64,000 bases of DNA, taken from the NCBI RefSeq assembly GCF_006345805.1, contig NC_043013.1, forward strand, positions 51,026,001-51,090,000, in the 5' to 3' direction. Positions 22,798-35,614 of the stretch are shown in pieces (position 1 is the stretch's first letter; every line of letters starts with the position of its first letter). The notes under the pieces are model-generated. The model saw only the letters and a program-made list of their open reading frames with translations, searched no databases and was not told the DNA's origin. Both the position numbers and the translations under genes were made by a program. This DNA comes from Octopus sinensis (Eukaryota).

Positions 22798-24095
22798 GGC
22801 AGCGAGCTGGTAGAAGTGTTACCACGCCGGACAAAATGTTTAGAGGCGTTTCATCCGTCTTTACGTTCTGAGTTCAAATTTCGTCATGGTCAACTTTACC
22901 TTTCATCTTTTATAGGGTCGATAAATTAAGTACCAATGAAATGCCGGGGTCGATGTAATCGGCTGGTCCCCTCCCACCAAATTTCAGGCCTTGTGCCTCC
23001 AGTAGAAAGGATTATTATCATTATTATTAATTGTTATTATTATATTATTATTATTATTATTATTATTGGCGAGCTGGCAGAAACGTTAGCATGCCGGGCG
23101 AAATGCGTAGCCGTATTTCGTCTGCCGTTACGTTCTGAGTTCAAATTCCGCCGAGATCGACTTTGCCTTTCATCCTTTCGGGGTCGATTAAATAAGTAGC
23201 AGTAACGCACTGGGGTCGATATAGTCGACTTAATCCGTTTGTCTGTCCTTGTTTGTCCTCTCTGTGTTTAGCCCCTTGTGGGTAGTTTCGTCTGCGGTTA
23301 CGTTGTGAATTCAAATTCCGCTGAGGTCGACTTTGCCTTTCATCCTTTCGAGGTCAATAAATTAAGTACCAGTTACGTACTGGGGTCGATGTAATTAACT
23401 TAATCCGTTCGTCCGTCCTTGTTTGTCCTCTCTGTATTTAGCCCCTTGTGGGTAGTAAAGAAATAGGTATTTCACACGTCGCTACATTCTGAGTTCAAAT
23501 TCTGCCGAGGTCGACTTTGTCTTTCATCCTTTCGGGGTCGATAAAGTAAGTATCAGTTGAGCACTGGAGTCAATAACAGCGACTTACCCTCTCCTCGAAA
23601 TTGCTGGCCTTGTGCCAAAATTTGAAGCCATTATTTTTATTATTAAGGCGGCGAGCTGGCAGAACCGTTAGCGCGCCGGGCGAAATGCTTAGTGGCATAT
23701 CTTTCACTACGCCCTGAATTCAAATTCCGCCGATGTCTTCTTTGCTTTCATCCTTTCGGGGTCGATAAATTAAGTACCAGTGAAACACTGGGGTCGATGT
23801 AATCGATTAGTCCCCTCCCCCCCAAATTTCAGGCCTTGTGTCTATAGTAGAAAGGATTATTATTATTATTATTAAGGCAGCAAGCTGGCAGAATCGTTAG
23901 CATGTCGGACAAAAACGCTTAACAACGTTTCGGTTGTCTTCACGTTCACAGTTCAAATTCCTCCGAGGTTGACTTTGCATTTCATCCTTTCGGGATCGAT
24001 TAAATAAGTACCAGTGGAGCACTAGGGTCGATATAATCGATTAACCCCAGCCCCCCACCCAATATTAAGCCATTTACCGATAGCAGGAAGAGTTA
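22798..24095 (+). mobile_element. Cluster of four head-to-tail family A SINEs
   Basis: Heads at ~22798, 23068, 23646 and 23875; the last three each follow the previous (ATT)n tail, and the second has three internal units. Confidence 0.9.
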
Positions 24096-24464
24096 ATTAA
24101 TTCGTGTTAGTGTGTGCGAGCGAGCGTGTGTGGTGGGCCTCGGTCGCTCGACGAAGAAGATTCAGTCATTGTATGAATATATGAACTGCACTTCTTGTTC
24201 TTTAAGTGTAAAGTGGCAGAGTATTCCACTAGCATGTGTACCTTTAATGTAATTCGCAGGAAAATCAGGAACTATGTGTGTGTGTGTGTGTGCACGTGCA
24301 AACCAAGAATGTGTCTTATGAATACTGGGTACGATTTCCCCTGAAATTCATCACAAGGTACGGGACGACTGGAAGTTATAGAAAATGACACTTGCCCAAG
24401 CTGTTCCGCACTGCACGTACACTCACGTGTACACACACGCATGTATTACTTATACACACACACA

Positions 24465-24730
24465 CCGAACTGAAGAACCCAACAACTGGGAAATGCAAGT
24501 ACAAGACCGCCCTGCTTGGCAAAGCTGTCCCGACAGAGGAGGATTGCAAGGGCAAAAAGGAAACGTGAATTGGGCAAGTCCAGATCCAACTCGTCGTCTT
24601 CAGTCCCAAGCAGATCACCAGTGCCTGACATGTGGCCGAAGTTTCCGAGGACGAATCGGACGAATTGGCCACAACCGGACACACCGTGATCAGTGTTCTC
24701 CATGTGTATCGAGAACGAGAAACTGAAGAG
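24465..24730 (+). pseudogene. RTE (BovB-like) LINE 3' end relic
   Basis: NNWEMQVQDRPAW...HQCLTCGRSFRGRIGRIGHNRTH: the WE..A.DR..W motif plus the terminal C2H2-like knuckle of RTE ORFs. Confidence 0.75.
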
Positions 24731-24770
24731 CAATTTTCACAGACCGGTTTAAATGCTTTTGAATGCATAT

Positions 24771-25185
24771 TGTGGCTGTGTGGCTGTGTGGTAAGTAGCT
24801 TGCTAACCAACCACATGGTTCCGGGTTCAGTCCCACTGCGTGACATCTTGGGCAAGTGTCTTCTGCTATAGCCCCGGGCCGACCAAAGCCTTGTGAGTGG
24901 AAACTGAAAGAAGCCTGTCGTATATATGTATATATATATATATAAGTGTCTGTGTATATGTTTGTGCGTCTGTGTGTGTCCCCCTAGCATTGCTTGACAA
25001 CCGATGCTGGTGTGTTTACGTCCCCGTCACTTAGTTGTTCGGCAAAAGAGACCGATAGAATAAGTACTGGGCTTACAAAGAATAAGTCCCGGGGTCGATT
25101 TGCTCGACTAAAGGCGGTGCTCCAGCATGGCCGCAGTCAAATGACTTGAAACAAGTAAAAGAGAGTAAAAGAGTAAAGAGAGAGA
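24771..25185 (+). mobile_element. Full-length SINE family B
   Basis: GTGGCTGTGTGGTAAG..GGGTTCAGTCCC..CTTGGGCAAGTGTC, internal (TA)(TG), 3' CCAGCATGGCCGCAGTCAAATGAC and (GTAAAAGA)n tail. Confidence 0.9.
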
Positions 25186-25705
25186 ATATTCCGTTCTTTC
25201 GAGAACTTTTTCTTTTGTTCTCCTTTTATATATCTTATCTCTTATTTGTTTCTGTCTCTAGACTGCGGCCATGCTGGTGCATCACACCTTGAAGGGCTTA
25301 GGCGAACAAAGCGACCTTAGTACTTATTTCTTTAAAACCTGGTTATCAAGCAGTACTGGGGGACAAATACCGCCCCCCCCCCCAGGTGTACGTCTTTTGA
25401 CTTTTGCTGTTTTGTTTTTAATTTTCGATTTGCCTATGCACACACACACACATACGAAGGGCTTCTTTGAGTTTCCGTCTACTAAATCCTACTCATAAGG
25501 TTTTAGTTGGCCCATGGCCATAGTAGAAGACACTTACCCTAGGTAAAAGCCGTTGCTGCGTGGTAAAAAGCGTGTTTCTCAACCAAATGGTTGCGGGTTC
25601 GGTCTCACTGCGTGGCACTTAGGGTAAGTGTCTTTTACGATGGCCACGGGCCAACCAAAATCTTACGAGTGGATTTGGTAGACGGAAACCGAAAGAAGCC
25701 CGTCT

Positions 25706-25790
<85 letters not shown>

Positions 25791-25795
<5 letters not shown>

Positions 25796-26938
25796 CACGT
25801 GTGCACAAACCTTAACGCTGGCTAGATTCTTTTTACTTTTTAGTCAGAGAAGAAAGGAGAGCACCGAAACCCTTAAATTTTGTAGGGCCTGAAATGAAGA
25901 GAGTAATTTTCTCATACTGAAGGTCTGGTCCACATTCTTATAATCCAGTGAACGCCACTAACGATACTGAGGGATCAGGCATTGCGTTAAATTGTGTTAA
26001 ATTAGGTGACTACCTCCACCGAAAACTTTAGAACGCAACGGGCCGGAGGAAATAGCACAATACATCTTATCCGATGCTCTTATATCTGCACCAATCAAAC
26101 AGCTTTGACTATTATTATATTTTGAAAACCTTTAAAGGATAAACAGCAAAGTTGACTCCGGTGAGATTTGAACTGGGAGCATAGGCGATCGGTAGGTATT
26201 TTGTCCAATGCGCTAACGACCCAGCTAATTCGTTACACGATAGCAAGACAGACAGATTGATAAAGTCCAGATTGATAAAGTAGACAGACGGACAGAGAGA
26301 TTGATAAACTGATAGACGATAACTAGGAAGGTAGACAGACAGATAGGTAGGTTGGTAAATCATAGATTTGAAAGATATCGGTAGAAAGCGTATGGGGGGG
26401 GGGATAAAAAGATGTAATAGGATTTATAAATGTGTGACAGAGGGAGAACGAGGGAGACAAGTAGAGAAAAGTGAATCAGAGAGAGAGGGAGAGAGAAAGA
26501 GAGGGATAAAGAAAAAGAGGGGAGATTGAGAGTAAGGAGAGAGAGAGAGTTACAAAACATAGTGAAAGAATGGTCGAATGTCAGGAAAGCAAAGTAAGAG
26601 GGGAAGTTAGTAAAGGTGTTGTGAAGTAGGAAGAAGAGAAAAGAGAAAACAGTGATGGGGAAATTAAAAGCTAACGTTGTATATATAATGAGTAGGAGAG
26701 CGAGTGTGAGAGAGAAAGAGCCAGTTACAGAGAGAGAGAGAGAGAGATTATAAAGATTAAACGTGTGCGAATGTGAAGGAGACGAGAGCGAGAAAAAGTT
26801 AGGGAGCAAGGCTGAATTGTGTTGAAGAGTATCAGATTAACGAAAGAGCGCGTGTTGTTGCTACAAAGAGAATGTATTGAGACGAAGGCTAACAAAACCA
26901 TTTCAGAATCAATAGACACACACACACATATATATATA

Positions 26939-26976
<38 letters not shown>

Positions 26977-28165
26977 TATGTGTGTGTGTGTGTGTGTTGT
27001 GTGTGTGTGTGTGTATGCACGTGTGCACAAACCTTAACGCTGGCTAGATTCTTTTTACTTTTTAGTCAGAGAAGAAAGGAGAGCACCGAAACCCTTAAAT
27101 TTTGTAGGGCCTGAATGAAGAGAGTAATTTTCTCATACTGAAGGTCTGGTCCACATTCTTATAATCCAGTGAACGCCACTAACGATACTGAGGGATCAGG
27201 CATTGCGTTAAATTGTGTTAAATTAGGTGACTACCTCCACCGAAAACTTTAGAACGCAACGGGCCGGAGGAAATAGCACAATACATCTTATCCGATGCTC
27301 TTATATCTGCACCAATCAAACAGCTTTGACTATTATTATATTTTGAAAACCTTTAAAGGATAAACAGCAAAGTTGACTCCGGTGAGATTTGAACTGGGAG
27401 CATAGGCGATCGGTAGGTATTTTGTCCAATGCGCTAACGACCCAGCTAATTCGTTACACGATAGCAAGACAGACAGATTGATAAAGTCCAGATTGATAAA
27501 GTAGACAGACGGACAGAGAGATTGATAAACTGATAGACGATAACTAGGAGGTAGACAGACAGATAGGTAGGTTGGTAAATCATAGATTTGAAAGATATCG
27601 GTAGAAAGCGTATGGGGGGGGGGATAAAAAGATGTAATAGGATTTATAAATGTGTGACAGAGGGAGAACGAGGGAGACAAGTAGAGAAAAGTGAATCAGA
27701 GAGAGAGGGAGAGAGAAAGAGAGGGATAAAGAAAAAGAGGGGAGATTGAGAGTAAGGAGAGAGAGAGAGTTACAAAACATAGTGAAAGAATGGTCGAATG
27801 TCAGGAAAGCAAAGTAAGAGGGGAAGTTAGTAAAGGTGTTGTGAAGTAGGAAGAAGAGAAAAGAGAAAACAGTGATGGGGAAATTAAAAGCTAACGTTGT
27901 ATATATAATGAGTAGGAGAGCGAGTGTGAGAGAGAAAGAGCCAGTTACAGAGAGAGAGAGAGAGAGATTATAAAGATTAAACGTGTGCGAATGTGAAGGA
28001 GACGAGAGCGAGAAAAAGTTAGGGAGCAAGGCTGAATTGTGTTGAAGAGTATCAGATTAACGAAAGAGCGCGTGTTGTTGCTACAAAGAGAATGTATTGA
28101 GACGAAGGCTAACAAAACCATTTCAGAATCAATAGACACACACACACATATATATATATATATAT

Positions 28166-28210
<45 letters not shown>
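25791..28210. repeat. Near-identical ~1.22-kb tandem duplication
   Basis: The unit starts GTATGCACGTGTGCACAAACC at 25791 and 27013; the duplicated 149-aa ORFs in the track are identical. Confidence 0.95.
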
Positions 28211-28799
28211 ATACGTACGTGTGTATGTGTGTGTGTACAGCAGTATATTAGGTTTTTCATTAAACAGGGAAAACCCTGTTTCACAGCTTCATGACCTGCT
28301 CGTCGAAAGACAAATTAAATGAAATACAATATACTTGCTTACTGGAATAGATACACTACGTCAAAAACACCATCAACTTGTGATGAAAGAGAGAGAGAGA
28401 GGGGGGGGGAATGTGATAATGGCTTCGAAATTTCGCCAACGGTCAGTTTTATAAATCTGGTCGTGCTGCCTTTCGATGAATTTTAAGTGTCATTGTGAAA
28501 CTCTTCTTCTAATTAATCCTATACACTACATGTCGATGTCGAATGATTTCAATTACTGTTTGCATGACTTTATTTACGTTCAAAATTGTCTTCCTTTCTC
28601 TCTCTTACAACACGTATACACAATCATGGTGCCGTCCATCACTGTCTCAGAACTTTGCTTCAAACATTAGGTAATGTTAACTGTCCATGTATAATGGTAC
28701 TTTTGACGTAGCAGCTTCTTATTTTGAGGAGCTAAAGACGAGTGGTTCTAGAGACAACTTGTTCTAACTATCGTTAATCATTCAAAGGGTCTCGGGAAA

Positions 28800-29165
28800 A
28801 TGTTGTTATCTAATCTAATTCAACCTCTTTCTCTGTCAATGTGCAATCAAATGTAACTAAAATTTTTCTTAACTTAGTAGATAAGCATTTTCTTCCGTAC
28901 CACAAATATAAGATGATATTTGGTAGGCACATCAAGTTGAATTACAGTTGCAGTTCAAACTTAAAACATTATATTGCGCTGACCCACAAGCAAAACAGAC
29001 GAAAGCTGTTTGTATCGAAATATCAATGATTGTCCACTGAACGGACTTGAAACAGCAATGTTGTTATTCATCTATCGGTGGTTGAACACTTAAACGATAG
29101 CAAGCAGTGTATAGATATGACTGACAGTAAATTCAAGAAACGCTAGCGCAATCATTTATGAATTA
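28800..29165 (+). pseudogene. Penelope-like element relic (RT thumb/linker to GIY-YIG)
   Basis: NVQSNVTKIFLNLVDKHFLPYHKYKMIF..IKLNYSCSSN then CPLNG..NVVI..CIDMTDSKFKKR*RNH match the PLE motifs TN+GK.FL.L+DKHF..KLSYSC and CPL.G.C..YIG.T...FK.R..NH. Confidence 0.8.
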
Positions 29166-30222
29166 CAGGATAAAAGAAAATTCTGAAAAAAACCTTACTG
29201 TATATGAACAGGTATAAATACAACTATCTGACCCTCTTTTTTTCCGTTTATTCGCCATCTTTAGCTTTAATGTTTTGAACCCTCCTCCACCAAATAAAAG
29301 GAGGTAATTCCCTTGGCGAGTTTCTGTGTTATTCAGCATGTTACCAAAGATACATCCATCCTATTTAAATAGCTTTCCATTTGTCACAAAACGGGAGAAG
29401 GATAAGATACACAATGATAAGTGCACAAGATGAGTGTATTGTGCAACTATTGAATAAGTACGCTTAGGTGAACGTAGCCATATACTTTACTGAATGGTCT
29501 CACATTCTCTCTCTCTCTCATACATATTTGTATATATGCGTGTGTCTATGTGCGCGTGTTTGTATTTATGTTCATCGGTTAAACCTGTGTCGAGCTGGGT
29601 TGTGTCTTTGTCTTTATGAATACAGCGTAACAACAACAACAACTACATGAACGCAAATCTTTAGAGCTGTAGCGTTAATACGACCACCTAAACCATCAAA
29701 TGCGATGCTGCAACATGCTATAGTCAGACAACTAAATCAAATAAAAATAAAATGCATACATATATACAATCAGTAGCGTTCCTAAATCTATTTCAGAACA
29801 AAAACATTCCTAAATCCATTAATCTATTAAAGATTCTAGATCTTCGCAATCTCATCATCAAAATAGTGTGATGCTAACAATAATGGCGTGTTGCTTGCAA
29901 AGGACCATTGAAATGCTGTTGCACCTAATAAAAAACATTAACACGAATTAAAGAAAAATCTACAACGCAACGTATTACTATACTTCCCGATTTGTTTTGT
30001 GTGTTATGTATCAGTTTGGAGGCTTTTAGTGTTTTATTACGGGTAAAGCTTTTGTAATTATTTTTCTCATTTTTGTGGATTATATATGCTAATTAACATT
30101 ATAACATATCTATTCATCCTCACTACGTGTTGATAGATTTGAACGTGAACGCCTCATCGTTGTTGAAGATCCACCTTTTCAAAGATGCGTATTTACAACA
30201 CATGGGATTTGTGTGAGGCTAT

Positions 30223-30269
30223 TTTGAGACACCATGGTGTTTCGGCCATACTGTGTCTCTTCAGTCAAA
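30223..30269 (-). ncRNA. Type-I hammerhead ribozyme motif
   Basis: Minus strand TTTGA-CTGAAGA-GACACAGTATGGCC-GAAA-CACCATGGTG-TC-TCAAA: perfect stem I, palindromic stem III, GUC site, damaged stem II. Confidence 0.75.
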
Positions 30270-31003
30270 GCCACCCCGTCGGACTAATGAATTTATTAAG
30301 GGCACAAGCTCCTGTTTATAGCAATCAGCAATTGAATTATTTATTGATGCACGATGTCTGCCAAACTGATAACAATTCATGAAGTGCATGCAGGATACTA
30401 AAAATCCAAGCGATTTCGTATCTTTTCATTCTGAATACGTTCTGGAAAATTCGAGCATGGATATGACGATCACGGATGGCTTTCGTCACTGGAAAAACAT
30501 CTTTTAGACGAAGTGTGTTCATCACACGCGATCCATTAAAGTAAAAGGACTTTCAGACATTGCGTTGTTTCGATCTTACTCCTCAGTCAAAGCTACCTTA
30601 GATTAACGAATATAACGAGAGATCTGGCTCTTGTTTACAGAAATCAAAAAAGAAATTATATACTAAAGCTTACTGATGTCTACCAAACTAATAATAATTC
30701 ACGAGGGGCACACAGAATAGAGAGAACCTAAACAATAACGTCTCACCATTCTTTTATACGTTTTGGCGCACAGCCATATCTTTGATGTAAACTATATTTT
30801 ATTTTTACGCATCATTCAGTAATTCGAATTTCCTTTGGATAATTGTAAACAAAAATGAAAGGATTGTACCAGTAATATTCAAGGGATTATGTTAAGAGGT
30901 TATGGTTTGGAAATTCAGTTAACTAACGTTCGGATAACTGCGGCTTGACAGTACACACACACACAAACACATACGTTCATGTATATGTGTATACATACAT
31001 GTA

Positions 31004-31221
31004 CGAGGAGATGCTGAAAAGTTCCTTGCATTTGCTCAAAAAAAATACAGGGTGGGGTGAGTTAATTATGATTTTATTGAACATATTCCCCTCTCAGATT
31101 CACAGACTTATTGCAGCAGTCCTTCGGTTTTTCTTTGTCCTGTAAGAAAACGCAGCAGGTTGGACATCAAACTCGGCCTTTTGTGATTCTCTTAAACCAG
31201 GAACTTTTCAGCACTCTCTCA
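31004..31221. mobile_element. Mariner-type MITE
   Basis: TIR CGAGGAGATGCTGAAAAGTTCCT / AGGAACTTTTCAGCACTCTCTCA with TA flanks. Confidence 0.8.
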
Positions 31222-31231
31222 TATCTACATC

Positions 31232-31267
<36 letters not shown>

Positions 31268-31271
<4 letters not shown>

Positions 31272-31615
31272 GCTGTGTGGTAGGTAGTTTGCTTACCAAC
31301 CATATGGTTCCGGGTTCAGTCCCACTACGTGGCACCTTGGGCATGTGTGTCTTTTATTATAGCCTCGGGCCGACCAAAGCCTTGTGAGTGGGTTTGGAAA
31401 GAAGTTCGTCATGTATGTGTGTGTGTTTGTCCCCCACCCACCATCACTTGAGAACCAATGTTGGTGTGTTCACGTCTCCGTAACTTAGCGGTTCGGCAAA
31501 AGAAACCGATAGAATAAGTACTAGGCTTACAAAGAATAAGTCCTGGGGTCGATTGTTCGACTAAAAGCGGTACTCCATCATGGCCGCAGTCAAATGACTG
31601 AAACAAAAGAAAGAA
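31268..31615 (+). mobile_element. SINE family B
   Basis: Same head, CORE-like block and tail as the 24771 copy. Confidence 0.85.
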
Positions 31616-32303
31616 TATATATAGCGTGTGTGTGAGTGCATGTGTGTGTGTGTGAGTGCATATGTGTGTGTGTGTGTGTGTGTGTGAGTGCATGTGTGTG
31701 TGTAAAGAAGAAAAGTACATCGTCATAAGTTCGTTCTCCTTTATTCCAGTTGTTACATATATTTTAATATTCGGTAACACATGATGTCGCACTATAGAAG
31801 CAAGCAGTAGACGGAGCTTTGGGCCAACCAACATGGAGCAAATACATCGTCAGGCAATCGAAAAAGAAATACAAGTCAGAGACAAAACAGCAACCAAATT
31901 TGTACGAATGGAATAAAGGAGAACCGAGTGACGTCCAAGTTCTTTTCTCGTATTATTGCTGCGCTCTTTGTATCACATCGTAGTCTACTGTTGGACACGG
32001 ACAACCATCTGTGTACAAGCGGTGGTGGGAGTTTGGGGCGATTAACATTAGAACGGAAACCTATGTGGTTTAATTGTCGCGCATCGAACGCGTTCAAACA
32101 TAAGCTGCAGGTGATACACAACTATTTAGCTATGAGAGAACTGCATCTTGTAACAAAATCAGCTGTTAGCTAATAAGGTTCATTAGCTATTTTTAACACG
32201 TTTCAATCATTTGACTGCAGCCATGCAGGATTTTAGTGGGCGAAATCATCCCTAGGACGTATTCTTTGTAGGCCTAGTACTATACTTTGATAGTGAGATG
32301 CTG

Positions 32304-32327
<24 letters not shown>

Positions 32328-32336
<9 letters not shown>

Positions 32337-32625
32337 ATAAATAGAGAATGGTCACTATGTGGCTCATTCTAGCACTAGAAAATCCAAAAGGTTTCAACCA
32401 CAAAAATACATGTTTCACATGAAAGTCAGTACGATTGTTAGCTCAGGATTTTCTAGTGCTAGAATGAGCCACATAGTGACCATTCTCTTATATTTATTTT
32501 TGTATAAAATAATATTATAATATATTATAAAATATTATAATAATCCAGGTTCTCGAGGCACTGGGCCACTTGGTGTTGAATGGACATACTATTAAATTAG
32601 TATCTAATTCTCTCACCCTTATTAA

Positions 32626-32661
<36 letters not shown>

Positions 32662-32958
32662 AATAAATAGAGAATGGTCACTATGTGGCTCATTCTAGCA
32701 CTAGAAAATCCAAAAGGTTTCAACCACAAAAATACATGTTTCACATAAAAGTCAGTACGATTGTTAGCTCAGGATTTTCTAGTGCTAGAATGAGCCACAT
32801 AGTGACCATTCTCTTATATTTATTTTTGTATAAAATAATATTATAATATATTATAAAATATTATAATAATCCAGGTTTCTCGAGGCACTGGGCCACTTGG
32901 TGTTGAATGGACATACTATTAAATTAGTATCTAATTCTCTCACCCTTATTAATTAATT
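32328..32958. repeat. Two tandem ~326-bp units in (TA)n, each with a perfect 43-bp inverted repeat
   Basis: Arms 32343-32385 and 32446-32488 with a 60-nt loop; the unit repeats with its first arm at 32669. Confidence 0.95.
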
Positions 32959-32992
32959 ATATATATATATATATATTCGATATATGAACATA

Positions 32993-34266
32993 CTAGCTGG
33001 TGTACCCGGTAATTCACGAGGGTAAAGATGTTCTATGAAACGCCTTATTACTCTGATATAAGAAAGCAGTTTCGTTATAACTGCCACAAAAGGTGTATAT
33101 TCCGTCACGAAAATATACAAAAACTTTCAGCTGGAGGAGGGAAAGATTGTTAGAGGTTGGCGAGAGAGGTTTTCGGAGGTTGGTGAGAGAGGTCGGAGGT
33201 TGGCAAAAGAGGTTGTCGGAGGTTGGCAAGAGGTAAAGACATTATTCTGCTTAGTAAATGCATCTGGGAAATGTATAACTGCTGTCATTCACAGAAAAAA
33301 CTATTGTTTTACCGCGAGAAAAGCGCTGTTGAAGTGTTAAGTGAAATTTGGCAACTGAGGATCGAATCCACGCTATGCCTGCAGGAATCCACTACAAATA
33401 CGTTGCGGAATAAAAAATTTATCTACTGTCATGGAAAAAGTGTAACTGTAAAAATGTAAAATTATCGGAGGAATGGGCATTCAAAAAAGTATGTATGTAT
33501 AGAAATGTATGAATGAAACCTTTAATGTTTAAGATTCAAACTAAGGAAGTTCAATAATAATGTTTAGCAGTTAAAAACTGAGTAGTGAAATGCAGAATTA
33601 GGCCAGCTGATCGTGAGAATCAAATATTGATCACTTCGCTAAAAACTGCAGGTGGTATGGGTTATTTCCCTTGGGTTGTTTAAATAAGATATTAGTAATA
33701 TGTAGTAGATAGAAGGATCCATTGGAAGGACCCTATTATCGATTTTTTCGACAACCTAAGTATGTCACGAGGTTTCCAGACCTGAGTTCTACTCACGTGT
33801 CAAATAAAGTATAAAAGTGATATTATCTGCAAAAATTAAAAATAGGACACACAAAAAAATCAATAAATAACAAAATTAGTTATTTCCCTTGAGTGTTTAA
33901 AAAAATATTGTACAGGTGCTGAGAATTGGACTAAGAATATTATTCTAGCAAGATAGCTACGCTCTGATAATATAGGCATGTATCTATGTACAGTTTTAGC
34001 CGGATATAATCGATTGAGCTCAGCAAATTAGTTCACTGTTATTTTATTTTATCGGTGAACAATTAGTTATATGAGGTAGATATAGAAGTCCTTTCCAGGG
34101 ACCGTATTATCGATTTTTTTTCAACAATCTAAGTATGTCACGACGTTTCCAGACATGAGTTCTACTCACGTGTCAAGTTTCATCAAAATCAATAAAACGA
34201 TGTAGGATGAGTTAGATAATAAGGCCACAAACAAACACACATCGATTTTTCCCCATATTTAGTAGA
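32993..34266 (-). mobile_element. Non-autonomous Helitron
   Basis: Minus strand A|TCTACTAAAT 5' end, 3' hairpin then CTAG|T; internal ~100-bp duplication (~33705-33803 vs ~34075-34176) and GGAGGTTGG minisatellite. Confidence 0.7.
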
Positions 34267-34479
34267 TGCAGAATATATGTATTTTATTGCTCCGCTTTGG
34301 CATAGTAATGCTAATAACCTGGTGTAAGGACCCAATATAGATATGCTTCTGAACGAAGCATCGGTTGAGGCCTACAGAGTCTAATAAGAAATTAAATACA
34401 TGACAAACGAACAGGGAAATAATGTACCGAACTTCATTAGATTAGAGCTTCAAACATGAAATGCGCATTTCAGTTTGGT

Positions 34480-34556
34480 GCTCCGATGAAGCATACGGTA
34501 ATACACAAACACTCAAATATGAGTGCTTGTATCTTACAGCAGAAACAACTGTAAGC
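34480..34556 (+). ncRNA. Hammerhead motif with long stem II (U4C core change)
   Basis: GCT-CCGATGA-A-GC..GTAA..ACAA-ACACTCA-AATA-TGAGTG-C-TTGT..TTAC..GC-A-GAAA-CAACTG-TA-AGC. The same 3' half occurs at 22663-22680 (-). Confidence 0.55.
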
Positions 34557-34849
34557 TAATGAAAGCCATGATATAATTTCATATTCCTTTGTCATTCTAA
34601 ATTCTTTATAAATACATACATACATACATAAAGCACAATGCATTTCGCGACACAGGAATCGAAACCATATCCTTACGATCAGGAATCCAACACCTTAACC
34701 ACTAAGCCATGCATCCCTTGAGCGAAACACTTCGTTTCATGTTTATCCAGTCCCCTCACCAGGCAAAACTGAGTAATCCTGCGACAGACTGGCGAGAAAC
34801 CGGCCCTTATGGGTCTGGAAGGAGCTTTGTCCTTTATATATTAAGACCC

Positions 34850-35167
34850 CCTAAGATCATGAATGACCAGGGGATAGGAGCTAGAAAGCTCCCCTCCGAG
34901 GCACATGTCCTGGCACAGTTGCTTATGGAAAACCAGCAGTCACCCATACATACCAGCTTCTCCTCTCCATGCTACCGATGTTATCCAAGAGATAAGGCAA
35001 AGGCAGATACTGCTTGGCACCAGCGACGCGGCAAGTAATTTTTATAGCTGAGTGAACTGGAGAAGTGTGCCTTGCTCAAGAACACAACACACAGCCCGGT
35101 CTGTGAATCGAACTCACAACTTCACGATTGGAAACCCGATGCTCTAACTGCTGAGGTATGTGCCTCC
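34850..35167 (-). mobile_element. tRNA-derived SINE (family C-related)
   Basis: Minus head TGGAGGCACATACCTCAGCAGTTAGAGC..GAGTTCGATTC..GTGTTCTTGAGCAAG. Confidence 0.7.
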
Positions 35168-35190
35168 AAACTTCATATATATATATATAT

Positions 35191-35401
35191 ACTCTTTTAC
35201 TCTTTTACTTGTTTCAGTCATTTGACTGCGGCCATGCTGGAGCACCGCCTTTAGTAGAGCAAATCGACCCCAGGACTTATTCTTTGTAAGCCCAGTATTT
35301 ATTCTTTCGGTCTCTTTTGCCGAACCGCTAAGTGACGGGGAAGTAAACACACCAGCATCGGTTGTCAAGCAATGCTAGGGGGTACAAACATAGACACACA
35401 A

Positions 35402-35438
<37 letters not shown>

Positions 35439-35600
35439 CGACGGGCTTCTCTCAGTTTCCGTCTACCAAATCCACTCACAAGGCATTGGTCGGCCCGAGG
35501 CTATAGCAGAAGACACTTGCCCAAGATGCCACGCAGTGGGACTGAACCCGAAGCCATGTGGTTGGTAAGAAAGCTACATACCACACAGCCACTCCTGTGC
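35191..35600 (-). mobile_element. Full-length SINE family B
   Basis: Reverse complement of the family B consensus with internal (CA)(TA) microsatellite. Confidence 0.9.
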
Positions 35601-35614
35601 CTATATAATATACT

